Notes under the pieces: model-generated
Databases searched by the model: none
The model's input: only the letters and a program-made list of their open reading frames with translations
What the model was told of the DNA's origin: nothing
From: a virus
Lineage: Duplodnaviria; Caudoviricetes
IMG/VR virus record: IMGVR_UViG_3300020442_001526
Location: 1 to 62,449 of that record
Reading direction: 5' to 3' (one strand)
Length of the DNA stretch: 62,449 nucleotides
Made by a program: the position numbers and the translations under genes
Part shown: one piece after another, positions 50,340-59,946 of the stretch
Numbering within the stretch: position 1 is the stretch's first letter
Layout: each line of letters begins with the position of its first letter

Positions 50340-51625
50340 TATGCTCCAGGTCTCCCTGACCCAAAATTTAATCTGCTAAATTCTAATCTGTCTACTAGTT
50401 TAAGTGCATTGCCTAATCTATCAACAGCAACAAATCCTTCTTCTCCAGTTACTTCGAATCCATCCTCTGTTTCAACAAATGTATCTATCTGTCTTATCTG
50501 TTCTAACTTTTTAACCAGCCTTACTTTTGCTTCAATAATTTTTAAATACAAATCATATACTGCTACTATTCCAGGAACATGCTCTTTGATAAATTTAACA
50601 CCTTGTACCATTTTTTCTGTTTTAGCATCTATGCTTTTTTGTGTTTTTACTTTTTCAATTTCTTTGGTCATAAAATCTATATACTTTTGCACAAACCCTT
50701 GTGCAAATTTTGTAGGCTCATCAAATTGACCTGCTCTAACATTATTATTGACATGTGCTTTTAATTGTTGTAAAAAGTCTTTGCCAATTAAATCTGTGCC
50801 TTTTTCTAACCATGCAAATGTTTCTGCATCTATGCTTTTTAAGTAACTGTCTGCTTGTTGTATGGCACTCATAATATTGCTACTTTCATCTTTAGTTAAA
50901 GTAACAGTACCACTTAAATCTCTAATAATTGCATCTCTATGGTAAACACCATTTGCTTGTCCTAACACACTACTATCAAATCCAAATTTTGCTTCAGTGT
51001 CAGCAAGTGTAGGGCCGCCTACATATTCTGTATGCCACACAATACCAAAACCAGCATTTGATATTTGTTTACCTATTTCACTGTCTTTAGGAACAGCATA
51101 AGTGATTGTGTTAGGTTTAAACACTAGATGCTCTTTGTCATCTAATGTAATTGTTTTTATATCGCTTTGTCCAGCAAATAACATATCGCCTTGTACGACT
51201 GTGTCAAAATTTAATCTATTTAAATATTTTAAAGCAAGTTTGAGTTTTTCTCTTAAACCACTACCATCTTTATCACCGACATCTGCATGATTTACATCTA
51301 TGTCTTTGTTAGTAAAATTAATTTTTGGTTTTTTAGCAAATACACCTTTTGTACCTACAAAAAATTTGCCTGTTTGAGGATCTTTACCTGCAATGATGGC
51401 TGGAGCACCATCCCATTTTGTTGTCATATTAACTGATGATTTAGAATTGCCTTCAAGCATTTCGTGTAGACTGTATAGATAGTCTACTGCTTCTTTGGCT
51501 CCAGCAAATCCTTTATTAAAAATATTATCTTCTAGATGCTCTAAATGAGTATTTTTAGACTCTAAAAAAACACTTTCAGTGAGTAGTTGAGTTACCAAAG
51601 GTTTTGATATCTCCAAAAACCTCAT
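50339..51625 (-). CDS. DUF6267-like protein with ATP-dependent ligase (KxDG) motifs
   Basis: KNTHLEHLED, TKWDGAP, QGD, FKPNTITY, EGFV, KLVDRLEFS. Confidence 0.7.
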   Translation of the reverse strand: MRFLEISKPLVTQLLTESVFLESKNTHLEHLEDNIFNKGFAGAKEAVDYLYSLHEMLEGNSKSSVNMTTKWDGAPAIIAGKDPQTGKFFVGTKGVFAKKPKINFTNKDIDVNHADVGDKDGSGLREKLKLALKYLNRLNFDTVVQGDMLFAGQSDIKTITLDDKEHLVFKPNTITYAVPKDSEIGKQISNAGFGIVWHTEYVGGPTLADTEAKFGFDSSVLGQANGVYHRDAIIRDLSGTVTLTKDESSNIMSAIQQADSYLKSIDAETFAWLEKGTDLIGKDFLQQLKAHVNNNVRAGQFDEPTKFAQGFVQKYIDFMTKEIEKVKTQKSIDAKTEKMVQGVKFIKEHVPGIVAVYDLYLKIIEAKVRLVKKLEQIRQIDTFVETEDGFEVTGEEGFVAVDRLGNALKLVDRLEFSRLNFGSGRPGA

Positions 51626-51626
51626 T

Positions 51627-52739
51627 TTAAACTCCTGCTAGTTTCTGTAACTTCTCTATCTCAACTGCTTCATTAATTGCTTTTATAGGGAATATTAAAA
51701 CATCATCACTTGCATTTTCTGAAAGTACAACTTTGTATCCTATATCTTCCCAAGTCATATCCCAATATTCTAATACTTTGTTCATAAACTCAAAGGCTTC
51801 CATTCTCATTGCTCTTGCCTTTTGAACAAACTGACTATACCACTGTGGATTTGCTTTGTTTAATCCACTTGCTTTAAGCATAGGTCCCATAGCATCAACA
51901 TATTTGTCAACGTTTACATTCTTGGCTTGTTGCGCCTGTAAATTTTTAAGCAATTCTTCTGCCGCGGCAATCTTTTCTTCTGGCGATCTATTTTTATCTA
52001 AAATTTTATTCTTAGGTGTTTCTAAATCAAATGCCGTCGCTGTTCTAGTTGGGTCTTTTCTAGGCTCTGCTACCTGAGGTCTAAGAGAACCTAAGGCTTT
52101 TCCTGCCGCTCTACCTAGTGCCGCTCCAGCAACTGCACCTGCTTTTTGTCCTGTGGTTGCTTCTGGGTCTGCCATAGTCTTACTTGCTAAAGGTCCGCCC
52201 ATTGCCTGAACTGCTCTGTCTTTCATTGCACTCATTGTACTTTGTGTTGGTTCAACACCTTTTGCTATTGCTGTTAAATCTAAAGAGAGTTGGTCTTTGT
52301 CTTTAAGTGGATATGTACCAGGCATAGGTTGGATATTGACATCACCGTTTTTAACTACTTTATCATATGGTAAAAATTGTCCTGGCTGAGGTTTGTTACC
52401 TAATTTAATTTCTACATTTCTCCATGCCCAATTACCTTTTTCATCTTGTTGGAATTGATAATGCATTCCAGTTGGGTCTGTAACGACTCCATTTTGCATT
52501 CCTTTCATCTGGGCTTTTTGTTGTGCAAACTGTCCTATTTCGCCTCTCTGTTGTGACTTTGTTTGGTTAGTAGCGGCTTGTTTTGCCTTCAAAGCATCTG
52601 CTCTTTTTTGTTTTGCCATTGCGGCAAATCTACCGGCTTGCATATCGTCATTAGACACAGCACCTCTTTCTTGTCCTCGGTACATTGCAGATACACCAGT
52701 ATTTCCCGGCTTTTCTAAAATAATGTCATGTATTTTCAT
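51627..52739 (-). CDS. putative internal virion protein
   Basis: MKIHDIILE leader; AGAVAGAALG; terminal LQKLAGV. Confidence 0.55.
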   Translation of the reverse strand: MKIHDIILEKPGNTGVSAMYRGQERGAVSNDDMQAGRFAAMAKQKRADALKAKQAATNQTKSQQRGEIGQFAQQKAQMKGMQNGVVTDPTGMHYQFQQDEKGNWAWRNVEIKLGNKPQPGQFLPYDKVVKNGDVNIQPMPGTYPLKDKDQLSLDLTAIAKGVEPTQSTMSAMKDRAVQAMGGPLASKTMADPEATTGQKAGAVAGAALGRAAGKALGSLRPQVAEPRKDPTRTATAFDLETPKNKILDKNRSPEEKIAAAEELLKNLQAQQAKNVNVDKYVDAMGPMLKASGLNKANPQWYSQFVQKARAMRMEAFEFMNKVLEYWDMTWEDIGYKVVLSENASDDVLIFPIKAINEAVEIEKLQKLAGV

Positions 52740-52740
52740 T

Positions 52741-52998
52741 TTAACTCTCTTTATTTTCTAGTACTTTTTTAATACCTCTAGAGAATTTTTTAGCATCTCC
52801 ACTTTTGATGCTGTTAATTAATCTACGTTCTAAATCCAATGCATCTTCTGGACTATAAGTTTCATGTAATATGTCTTTTAAATTTTGTACACTTGTAACA
52901 ACATGCTGTACTCTGTTTTCCAGAACATGATGCTTATCTCTGTCAACAGAAATTTGTTGTAATTCTTCTAAAATTGTTCTCGATTTTTTAATTGACAT
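52741..52998 (-). CDS. hypothetical protein (MSIKKSRTILEEL...)
   Basis: Start reassigned; late promoter at 53022-53029 and AGGA RBS. Confidence 0.65.
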   Translation of the reverse strand: MSIKKSRTILEELQQISVDRDKHHVLENRVQHVVTSVQNLKDILHETYSPEDALDLERRLINSIKSGDAKKFSRGIKKVLENKES

Positions 52999-53031
52999 AT
53001 TTAAAAATTCCCTATATCTTGTATTTATCAA

Positions 53032-54414
53032 TTATAGGTCATTTTTTTTCATAAACTCACGCATGTTTAATGCTTGACTGACTGTGTCTTGTGTTTCAGG
53101 CTCTTCTGCTTTAATTGAACTTGTTCTTTTCAATTGGTCTAACAATCCACTTGAAGTAACACTAATTGCGCCTTCGTCATCCTCGTCCAAATCCTCAACT
53201 CTTAATGTATCTGGATTAAACTTTAAGTCTACTTTACTACCTACACCACTACTAGAACGTGTTTTCATAAACTGTATTTGATATCTACCACGTTCTCTCA
53301 TAGCATTACTTGTGAAAATACCAATAACATTATCTGCTGTTTGTATTTTACTAATACCACCTGCAATATGATGGTGGTCAAATTCTATCTCTTCTACTGC
53401 ACCTCTGTTTAACTGCGATGCTGTCACAAACAATGTGTTTGTTTCCATTGCTAAGTTTCTTAATTCTTCAGATACATACTTGTCTTTGATAAACAAATCA
53501 CCTGGACTAACTCTTGCACTAATAGGACTCATTAAATCCAAGTAGTCTACAAGTATTGCATCTACTTTTATGTCTGCGTTTATTTCGTATTCTCTCACAA
53601 ATGCTCTAATATCATTTGCATTTACACCATTAGGCATTTGTTTAACTCTGAACTTACCTGCACCTTTACCTTTCATACGCACCTTTAAATCTACATCATC
53701 CATGTTACGCATAATCTCTTTTGTGCTGTATTGGCTCACCATTGCATCAAGACGCATACTGATAAGTTGTTCACTAAGTTCTAAACTGATATAAACAACA
53801 TTAAGACCTGCTAAACTCCAATTCACACCTAAGTTTTGCAAGAATAGACTTTTACCTGCACCACTACCTCCAGCAAAGATTGTAATCTCGCCTTTGTTTA
53901 GTCCGCCATATAGTTTTTGGTCAATGTGTTTCCAGCCTGTGCTGACTGCACCTGCTTGACTTTTTATGTGTTGTAATCTTTCTTTAGGATTTTCAAAATA
54001 ATCTAATCCTAAGTCTTTAACAAGACCTACTTGACTCGCTTCTTTAATTTTGCTTTCTACTGCACCATAATCTTGTTTTTCTAATAAATCTGTGCTGTCA
54101 AGTATTGCTTTCTCCAATGCTTTGTGTCTACAAAATTGTTCAAATGTATCCAAGAACCATTCGATGTGATTGTCTGTTAGTCCATCTATTCTTTCTAAAT
54201 CAATATTTGTTGTTGCACTAATTTGGTCGATTGTGGGAATACTGCTATAATCAGTTGCATGTTCTTTTAAAAACTTAACTGCATCTTGAAATTTTCTATT
54301 AAACATATATGGTTCAATAATATTGTTTACTCTAACAAACAACTCAGGATCTGTAATTAAAAAATTTAAAAACAGTTGTTGTATATCTTCGTTATATTCT
54401 TGAATATTATCCAT
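53032..54414 (-). CDS. DnaB/T4 gp41-like replicative helicase
   Basis: GGSGAGKS, ISLELSE, VDYLDL, TASQLNR, MKTR. Confidence 0.95.
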   Translation of the reverse strand: MDNIQEYNEDIQQLFLNFLITDPELFVRVNNIIEPYMFNRKFQDAVKFLKEHATDYSSIPTIDQISATTNIDLERIDGLTDNHIEWFLDTFEQFCRHKALEKAILDSTDLLEKQDYGAVESKIKEASQVGLVKDLGLDYFENPKERLQHIKSQAGAVSTGWKHIDQKLYGGLNKGEITIFAGGSGAGKSLFLQNLGVNWSLAGLNVVYISLELSEQLISMRLDAMVSQYSTKEIMRNMDDVDLKVRMKGKGAGKFRVKQMPNGVNANDIRAFVREYEINADIKVDAILVDYLDLMSPISARVSPGDLFIKDKYVSEELRNLAMETNTLFVTASQLNRGAVEEIEFDHHHIAGGISKIQTADNVIGIFTSNAMRERGRYQIQFMKTRSSSGVGSKVDLKFNPDTLRVEDLDEDDEGAISVTSSGLLDQLKRTSSIKAEEPETQDTVSQALNMREFMKKNDL

Positions 54415-55219
54415 ATATTTTATTTAACTCTTTTTGTACGTGATTGTATATTAATTTATGACCTATTTCGTTTGGATGTCCATCGTTTTGGCTAACTTTA
54501 TTTTGATTCATCATGTGGGTCATAGGATTTTTAGTCCAAACAGATAAATCCATTTGGTCTAATAGGTCTTGTTCAAACTCTGTTATTGCAATATTTCTAT
54601 CAAAAGACCAATTAGACTTTATGTTAGGTATATGATTTTCAAAAGACATGCTTGTAAAAATATACTTGATATTCTTTTTATCTAAAATATTTTGCAATGA
54701 CAAAACATTCTTAAAATATTCTACTCTAAAATCCTGCAATGTCTTACCATAAAAAACATCATAAACAAGACCATCTCTTATTTTATCATAAGACTTTAAT
54801 ACACTACTTAACTTAGGATTGTCTCTGTCCATATCTGCATGATTGTCTGTATGGTATCCATACAAGTCTCTTTTGTTGCTATCCGAAGCAGTTTCAAAAA
54901 ATTGATTGTTTGTTGTGAATGATTCTGTTTGACAAAAATTTATCCATGTTTGTCGCATATCAGAGTAACGTTCTTTTCTATGTATAGCAGTCCATTGTAT
55001 TATTGCATAATCATATGATTCTTTGTTGAGCTCTTCAACAGTTCTCCTAAAAATTTTATCGTTACTGTTGCCGCCTACTGCAACATTGTTTGTTTCAAAA
55101 TCTTCTTCAAAATGATTTGCCCATGTTGTTTGACCGTTATTAGTAATAAGACTTGTCTCAGGATCATGAATAACTTCAGACCCTCCTGTAAAACTACAAC
55201 CATTTATTAATAACTTCAT
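54407..55219 (-). CDS. SGNH-like protein
   Basis: LINGCSFT, AVGGNSN..I.R, IQWT...R.E, DGHPNE.GH. Confidence 0.6.
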   Translation of the reverse strand: MKLLINGCSFTGGSEVIHDPETSLITNNGQTTWANHFEEDFETNNVAVGGNSNDKIFRRTVEELNKESYDYAIIQWTAIHRKERYSDMRQTWINFCQTESFTTNNQFFETASDSNKRDLYGYHTDNHADMDRDNPKLSSVLKSYDKIRDGLVYDVFYGKTLQDFRVEYFKNVLSLQNILDKKNIKYIFTSMSFENHIPNIKSNWSFDRNIAITEFEQDLLDQMDLSVWTKNPMTHMMNQNKVSQNDGHPNEIGHKLIYNHVQKELNKIYG

Positions 55220-56193
55220 AACATTTTTGCCTGTACTTGAATCTTTATTTTATTATCTGTTGCATATTTAATTATGCTATTCACTGTGAGCAATCTACCA
55301 TAATGCTCAACAGCATCAGCGGCGTCTTTGATATTGTCTTTCCAGGGAGGGAAACTAACTTCCCAACCTAGTTCAATCGCTTTATCAATTAAGTCCTTGC
55401 CTGCATCATCTCTGTCAGGACATAATATAACACGTTTATTTAACTTGTCAATAAGATGTGCTTGTTCTGATGTAACACCATTACCTAACACACTAATACC
55501 ATCCACAAGTATAGCATCAAAGACGCCTTCTGTTACAATAACAAAATCTCTGTCATTGTTTACAAATCTATCCATATTAAACACATAACCACTTTGCATG
55601 TTTAAAAGATATTTTGCTGTTTCTTTATTAGGTGGATTTACATGTCTACCTGTCCAGCCAACTAACTTATTGTTGTATAGGAACGGAACAACTAGTCTAG
55701 CATTATACATGCTATCACCAAAATGCATCAATGGGTATTTCCCAAATAGTCCACGTTCTATTGCATAATCTTTTACTTTATGACCATCTGGTAAATTTTC
55801 TACCAAATTACAATCTTCTGGTAATTGTACTTGTTTAAATTCTGCCGCACTATAAACATAATCATCAACATCATCTATCTCTAATTCTTCTCCGTATTTC
55901 ATTAAATTTAAAACTACAGAGTGAATATCTTTTGCACCTACACCAAGTGCTTCTGCAAGTGCTTTATATTTCTGTCCTAGTCTAGGACTTGGTGACCAAC
56001 CTGTTGTAAAATTACAATTAAAACAATGATAACTTATTTTACTATTAGACTGTATAACACCACCACGTTTACGTTTATCACTACACATGGGACAATTAAA
56101 AGTAGTCCAACCGCTAGGAGTTTTGCCACTGTTTATAGGCAAATTATCTAGCAATAATCGGTGTACTTGGTCAACTAATTCATGATGATGCAT
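55216..56193 (-). CDS. DNA primase (T4 gp61-like)
   Basis: Zn finger CPMC...CFNC; TOPRIM EGVFD, PDRD.AG, KD. Confidence 0.92.
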   Translation of the reverse strand: MHHHELVDQVHRLLLDNLPINSGKTPSGWTTFNCPMCSDKRKRGGVIQSNSKISYHCFNCNFTTGWSPSPRLGQKYKALAEALGVGAKDIHSVVLNLMKYGEELEIDDVDDYVYSAAEFKQVQLPEDCNLVENLPDGHKVKDYAIERGLFGKYPLMHFGDSMYNARLVVPFLYNNKLVGWTGRHVNPPNKETAKYLLNMQSGYVFNMDRFVNNDRDFVIVTEGVFDAILVDGISVLGNGVTSEQAHLIDKLNKRVILCPDRDDAGKDLIDKAIELGWEVSFPPWKDNIKDAADAVEHYGRLLTVNSIIKYATDNKIKIQVQAKML

Positions 56194-56199
56194 AAAACT

Positions 56200-56227
56200 A
56201 TTATAGCATCTTGGACATAAAAGTCAA
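56200..56227 (-). promoter_or_regulatory. sigma70-type promoter TTGACT-N16-TATAAT, ATG 6 nt downstream
   Basis: Near-consensus; no room for an RBS. Confidence 0.75.
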
Positions 56228-57058
56228 CTAGTTTCTGAGTAATACTTTATCTACAGACCCTGATGTTTTATCGAACTTTACTCTAAGCCAATTAGTATTA
56301 ATAACAAAATTAAAAGGATCTATTCCATTATAAGATGTATATGGAACTGCTGGTAATCCAGCATCTCCTTGTATATTAATATCATACCAATCTGATTCTT
56401 GTGTAGGTGTTGATTCTAATGCACTACCCTGCATAGTAATATTACCTACAAAATCTGTCATATAAAATGCTACAGTATGTCTACTGTGCCTAAAGTTCTT
56501 ATCCTGATTTCCGTACATTGCAGATGAAACAAATGTATTTGCAGGATCACCTAATTCTGTATTGCCTGTTTGCGTAAAAGTTGTAGAACTTTGTGATGCA
56601 ATAGGTTCGTATTCTAAACTACTTCGGACTTCTAAATCTGTGATTATTCTATCATTCTGGTTTGCATACAAAGGATTTTGCGATACTCCACTATCAGAAC
56701 TTTCTGTTATTGAAATATGATAAAATCCAGGATTTAAATCAGTTAAATCTCCTACACTTAAATCTAGTCTTGCTTCACCATTTGTTCCACTATTAACTAG
56801 ACTTAAAGGTTTAAAAACTACCCTTCTGCTTGTATTAGGATTTATAATACTAGCATAAAGTGTTTTAGAACTTAGATTTTGTAAAACTCTATCTCTATTT
56901 CTAATATAAAAGTTTAATTGATTGGTTAATCCTTTATGCACTACTAATTTTGTTTGATTCATAGGTCTATTATCCACGTTTATTCCGTCCGCACTAAGAA
57001 CTAAATCTACGGACTGATTTCCTAAAATATATAATGTATGTGCTGTTCCACTTGACAT
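56228..57058 (-). CDS. putative baseplate/tail structural protein
   Basis: Beta-rich; VHKG..NQL.F..RNRD, WLRVKF, G.VDKVL.R; late promoter at 57082-57089. Confidence 0.55.
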   Translation of the reverse strand: MSSGTAHTLYILGNQSVDLVLSADGINVDNRPMNQTKLVVHKGLTNQLNFYIRNRDRVLQNLSSKTLYASIINPNTSRRVVFKPLSLVNSGTNGEARLDLSVGDLTDLNPGFYHISITESSDSGVSQNPLYANQNDRIITDLEVRSSLEYEPIASQSSTTFTQTGNTELGDPANTFVSSAMYGNQDKNFRHSRHTVAFYMTDFVGNITMQGSALESTPTQESDWYDINIQGDAGLPAVPYTSYNGIDPFNFVINTNWLRVKFDKTSGSVDKVLLRN

Positions 57059-57081
57059 ATTCTATACCTTTATTATTACAG

Positions 57082-57105
57082 TATTTATCTAATCAAATAT
57101 AAATA
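57082..57105. promoter_or_regulatory. back-to-back divergent late promoters (GATAAATA on -, TATAAATA on +)
   Basis: Both motifs lie in a 50-nt divergent gap. Confidence 0.7.
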
Positions 57106-57111
57106 TCATTG

Positions 57112-57483
57112 ATGACTAAAGAAGAAGAACTACAAGAAAAATTTCCTTTTCTGTCAGGTTTACTATTCGGCGATAAAGAATATGTAGGAATCATACAAAA
57201 TCAAGACAAACAAATCATAAGTTTTTATGATATTGAAGGTTGTAAATCTGAAGAACACAAAAAATTAATGCTGGAGTACGGCGATTTATGGTGGTGGGAA
57301 AGTAATAGGCAACTCCCTATAGACATATTCTTATTTCAAGAAATGCAAGATTTACAATACACTTTAAGAACTTTTATGCTAAAAGAAACAGAAGTATTGT
57401 TTGGTCCTGTTACCAGTATGCAAAACATTCTTAAAAAGAGAATAAAAAGAAGAAGTATACAGTTGGTTAAAAAGACTGACTAA
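57112..57483 (+). CDS. hypothetical protein
   Basis: FPFLS...EYVGIIQN...WWWESNRQLPI; lone + strand gene in this block. Confidence 0.75.
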   Translation: MTKEEELQEKFPFLSGLLFGDKEYVGIIQNQDKQIISFYDIEGCKSEEHKKLMLEYGDLWWWESNRQLPIDIFLFQEMQDLQYTLRTFMLKETEVLFGPVTSMQNILKKRIKRRSIQLVKKTD

Positions 57484-58046
57484 ACCTTATCAACCAAAAG
57501 ATTCAATTGAACTATAATGACAAGTGCATAACCTATTGCATGGCTTTTCTTAAAAAAGTAGTCATCTGTCTTTTCCCAAACTTCTTTTTCAATTACTTCC
57601 CATGTATTACCCACTAGATACCTTTTACCAGGTCTAATCATTGCAAGTATCATAGCAAGTTGCTCTACACTTTTAGGTGGATGTTGTTTAATGATTTCAA
57701 AATGATTACCTATGTGAAATAATTGTTCTACTATTTCTTTGTGTTCAAACAATTCCCACATAGGCTCTTTTGCTAATAGCCTATTTAAATGTGCTTCACT
57801 TTCTATATCTGTATACACACTATTGTTAAGAAAATCAACTTTAAAGAATCCCATATCTTCTGCTTCTTTGTGGTCAATAGTGCTGAATTCTTCTAAAGGA
57901 AAACTTGGAATAGGTTGAAAATAAACACCTGTATTGTGCTTTTCAAAACCGTCTTCTCTTTTGATGCTGGCAGATATATGGTCAACCAATTTTAAAAACT
58001 GGTCTCTATCTGCCATATCTATATCAACATCAAAATTAATTTTCAT
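57480..58046 (-). CDS. miniature DNA polymerase III alpha (DnaE)-like catalytic core
   Basis: DVDID, KHNTGVY, FKVDFL, AMIRPG, FKKSHAIGYA in 188 aa. Confidence 0.75.
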   Translation of the reverse strand: MKINFDVDIDMADRDQFLKLVDHISASIKREDGFEKHNTGVYFQPIPSFPLEEFSTIDHKEAEDMGFFKVDFLNNSVYTDIESEAHLNRLLAKEPMWELFEHKEIVEQLFHIGNHFEIIKQHPPKSVEQLAMILAMIRPGKRYLVGNTWEVIEKEVWEKTDDYFFKKSHAIGYALVIIVQLNLLVDKV

Positions 58047-58336
58047 TATTTTCCTTTAATTTTATCTAACATACGTTGTGCATTATACATTTCTTTAATA
58101 GGATTGTCATCCTCTAAATCTTCTAAAACTTTAAGTAGTGCATCTAACTTACTTACTTTATCTTCAGTGAGTGTGTATTTGCCTATATTTACGGCACTAG
58201 GTTCAGTATTAATAGTGATATAATCTGTTTGACCTGATAAAATAGTATCCGATAATGTAAAAGTATCATCAGTGACTGTTATAGTATCTGTGCCTGTTAA
58301 AGTTATTGTTGAAAAATCATCATTCATGTTCGTCAT
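58046..58336 (-). CDS. hypothetical protein
   Basis: Thr/Asp-rich 96-aa ORF. Confidence 0.65.
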   Translation of the reverse strand: MTNMNDDFSTITLTGTDTITVTDDTFTLSDTILSGQTDYITINTEPSAVNIGKYTLTEDKVSKLDALLKVLEDLEDDNPIKEMYNAQRMLDKIKGK

Positions 58337-58580
58337 CGAAAAGTATGCTCCATTTCATTAATTTTTCTTTCTTTTCTTCCATTCTATCTGCAATTTGTTC
58401 ATCAGTAACTAAACCACTCATTTTCATAATCTCAATCATGGTCATTACATCACCAATTTCATCTTGAAGATTACGCAAATATTTTGTTTTGCCTTTACTA
58501 CGAATCATTTTACTACAGGCTTGAATCAACTCGCCACACTCTTCCATAGTAATGACTAACATTTCTTCGCGTTTTTTCAT
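58320..58580 (-). CDS. MazG-like NTP pyrophosphohydrolase
   Basis: EECGELIQA.SK...DEIGDV. Confidence 0.8.
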   Translation of the reverse strand: MKKREEMLVITMEECGELIQACSKMIRSKGKTKYLRNLQDEIGDVMTMIEIMKMSGLVTDEQIADRMEEKKEKLMKWSILFDDEHE

Positions 58581-59281
58581 ATGTCTTTTCCTTTAAATTC
58601 TTCTGCTAATGGAAATATATTTGCAATTACATCTGCTACAGCATGAGCAATTTTAATATGCTCTTTTTGTGTACCATTAGCACCACGTAATTCAATATAG
58701 TGTATCCAACTACGCAATGTACCGTTTACATACATACGGCTTACAGTATTGCCTTCAGGTAGTACTGCTCTTGCCTGCTCTTTTGCAATACCGTTGCGTA
58801 CAGCCCAATTATATGCGTCTGTGGCGGCATCTAAAACTGCTTTCTGTTTGTCGTGCCATTTCTCTGCCAACATTTCATGTTGAGTTTTATTACCACCTTT
58901 ACCCATATCAGACAAATCTAAATCAATACTGTTTTGCCTGTTCTTAGGATCTTGCAATCTTGCTTCTCTGAATTCAAAACTTAAATTCTGTGTAGGATCT
59001 GCATAACGTTGACTGAACTCTTGGAAACTAAAACTTCTATGTCTTAGAATCTGCCTAGCAATATCTCTGGTAGTTTCAATCTCTAAACATGCACTCACCA
59101 TTTCAAGTGGGCTCCAATGTTTGTGTTTCATCAAATACTTCACAAGTTTCTCACTTGTTTCTGTGTTGTGCTGATTTTCTGGGTTACTTACCCTGGCACA
59201 ATATGCCACTAAATCCAATGCCGATTCACTTCGACCAGGAAACTGTGGTGCTTGGCTATAACTAATAATTTTTACCTTCAT
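58577..59281 (-). CDS. thyX: flavin-dependent thymidylate synthase
   Basis: HWSPLE, RQILRHRSFSFQEFSQRY, EQARAVLP. Confidence 0.97.
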   Translation of the reverse strand: MKVKIISYSQAPQFPGRSESALDLVAYCARVSNPENQHNTETSEKLVKYLMKHKHWSPLEMVSACLEIETTRDIARQILRHRSFSFQEFSQRYADPTQNLSFEFREARLQDPKNRQNSIDLDLSDMGKGGNKTQHEMLAEKWHDKQKAVLDAATDAYNWAVRNGIAKEQARAVLPEGNTVSRMYVNGTLRSWIHYIELRGANGTQKEHIKIAHAVADVIANIFPLAEEFKGKDI

Positions 59282-59946
59282 ATTTTTGCATCCTTACATG
59301 CTCGTTTGATTTCATTTACTTCCTCTTTATTAGCAGTAAACAACTTCATCCAAAATGGAGGTTCAATGATATCTTCTATCATTTTTACTTGCTCACTACT
59401 AAATCTCTGTAATAATTGGTCTCCTGTTTCACTTAGATACAATACCCAAGGGCTAACTTTAGCACTTCTCAAGTCATGTACTGCTCTTGCAGGAGATACA
59501 TCTGTAAAATAATTTTGCCAGTCATTGTTATTTTCTTTACCCCAACTCGCAAGATATATAATTGTTCTTTCTAATGCTTTAAGACCAGGTTCTTTTCTAA
59601 CATATTCTTTTAAATATTTGTCATACTGTTTATCTGTTGCCCATTGTTTAAGTTTTACACCTGTTCTAATCAAATGCTCTGTGTAACGTTCTGGTTCAAG
59701 CCATTCATTTACTTGACATGCTCTGCCATATTTTACAAATGCTTCATAGTATTGACTTTTGATAAACTCTTCTATGGTCTTAGGATTCTTTGCAGTGGTG
59801 TTAATCTCATAAAACATCTGAAAGGCTCTATGTGCCAAACGTATATGACTCATTTCTCTGTCTGCCCAACGTCTTTTCTTCACACACATATGAGCCGCCA
59901 GAGTTCTTTCACTCATAAAACTTTTGCCACACCATTTACATTCCAT
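59278..59946 (-). CDS. protein with N-terminal C2HC zinc finger
   Basis: CKWCGKSF..E.TL..HMC; start reassigned to 59946. Confidence 0.65.
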   Translation of the reverse strand: MECKWCGKSFMSERTLAAHMCVKKRRWADREMSHIRLAHRAFQMFYEINTTAKNPKTIEEFIKSQYYEAFVKYGRACQVNEWLEPERYTEHLIRTGVKLKQWATDKQYDKYLKEYVRKEPGLKALERTIIYLASWGKENNNDWQNYFTDVSPARAVHDLRSAKVSPWVLYLSETGDQLLQRFSSEQVKMIEDIIEPPFWMKLFTANKEEVNEIKRACKDAKI

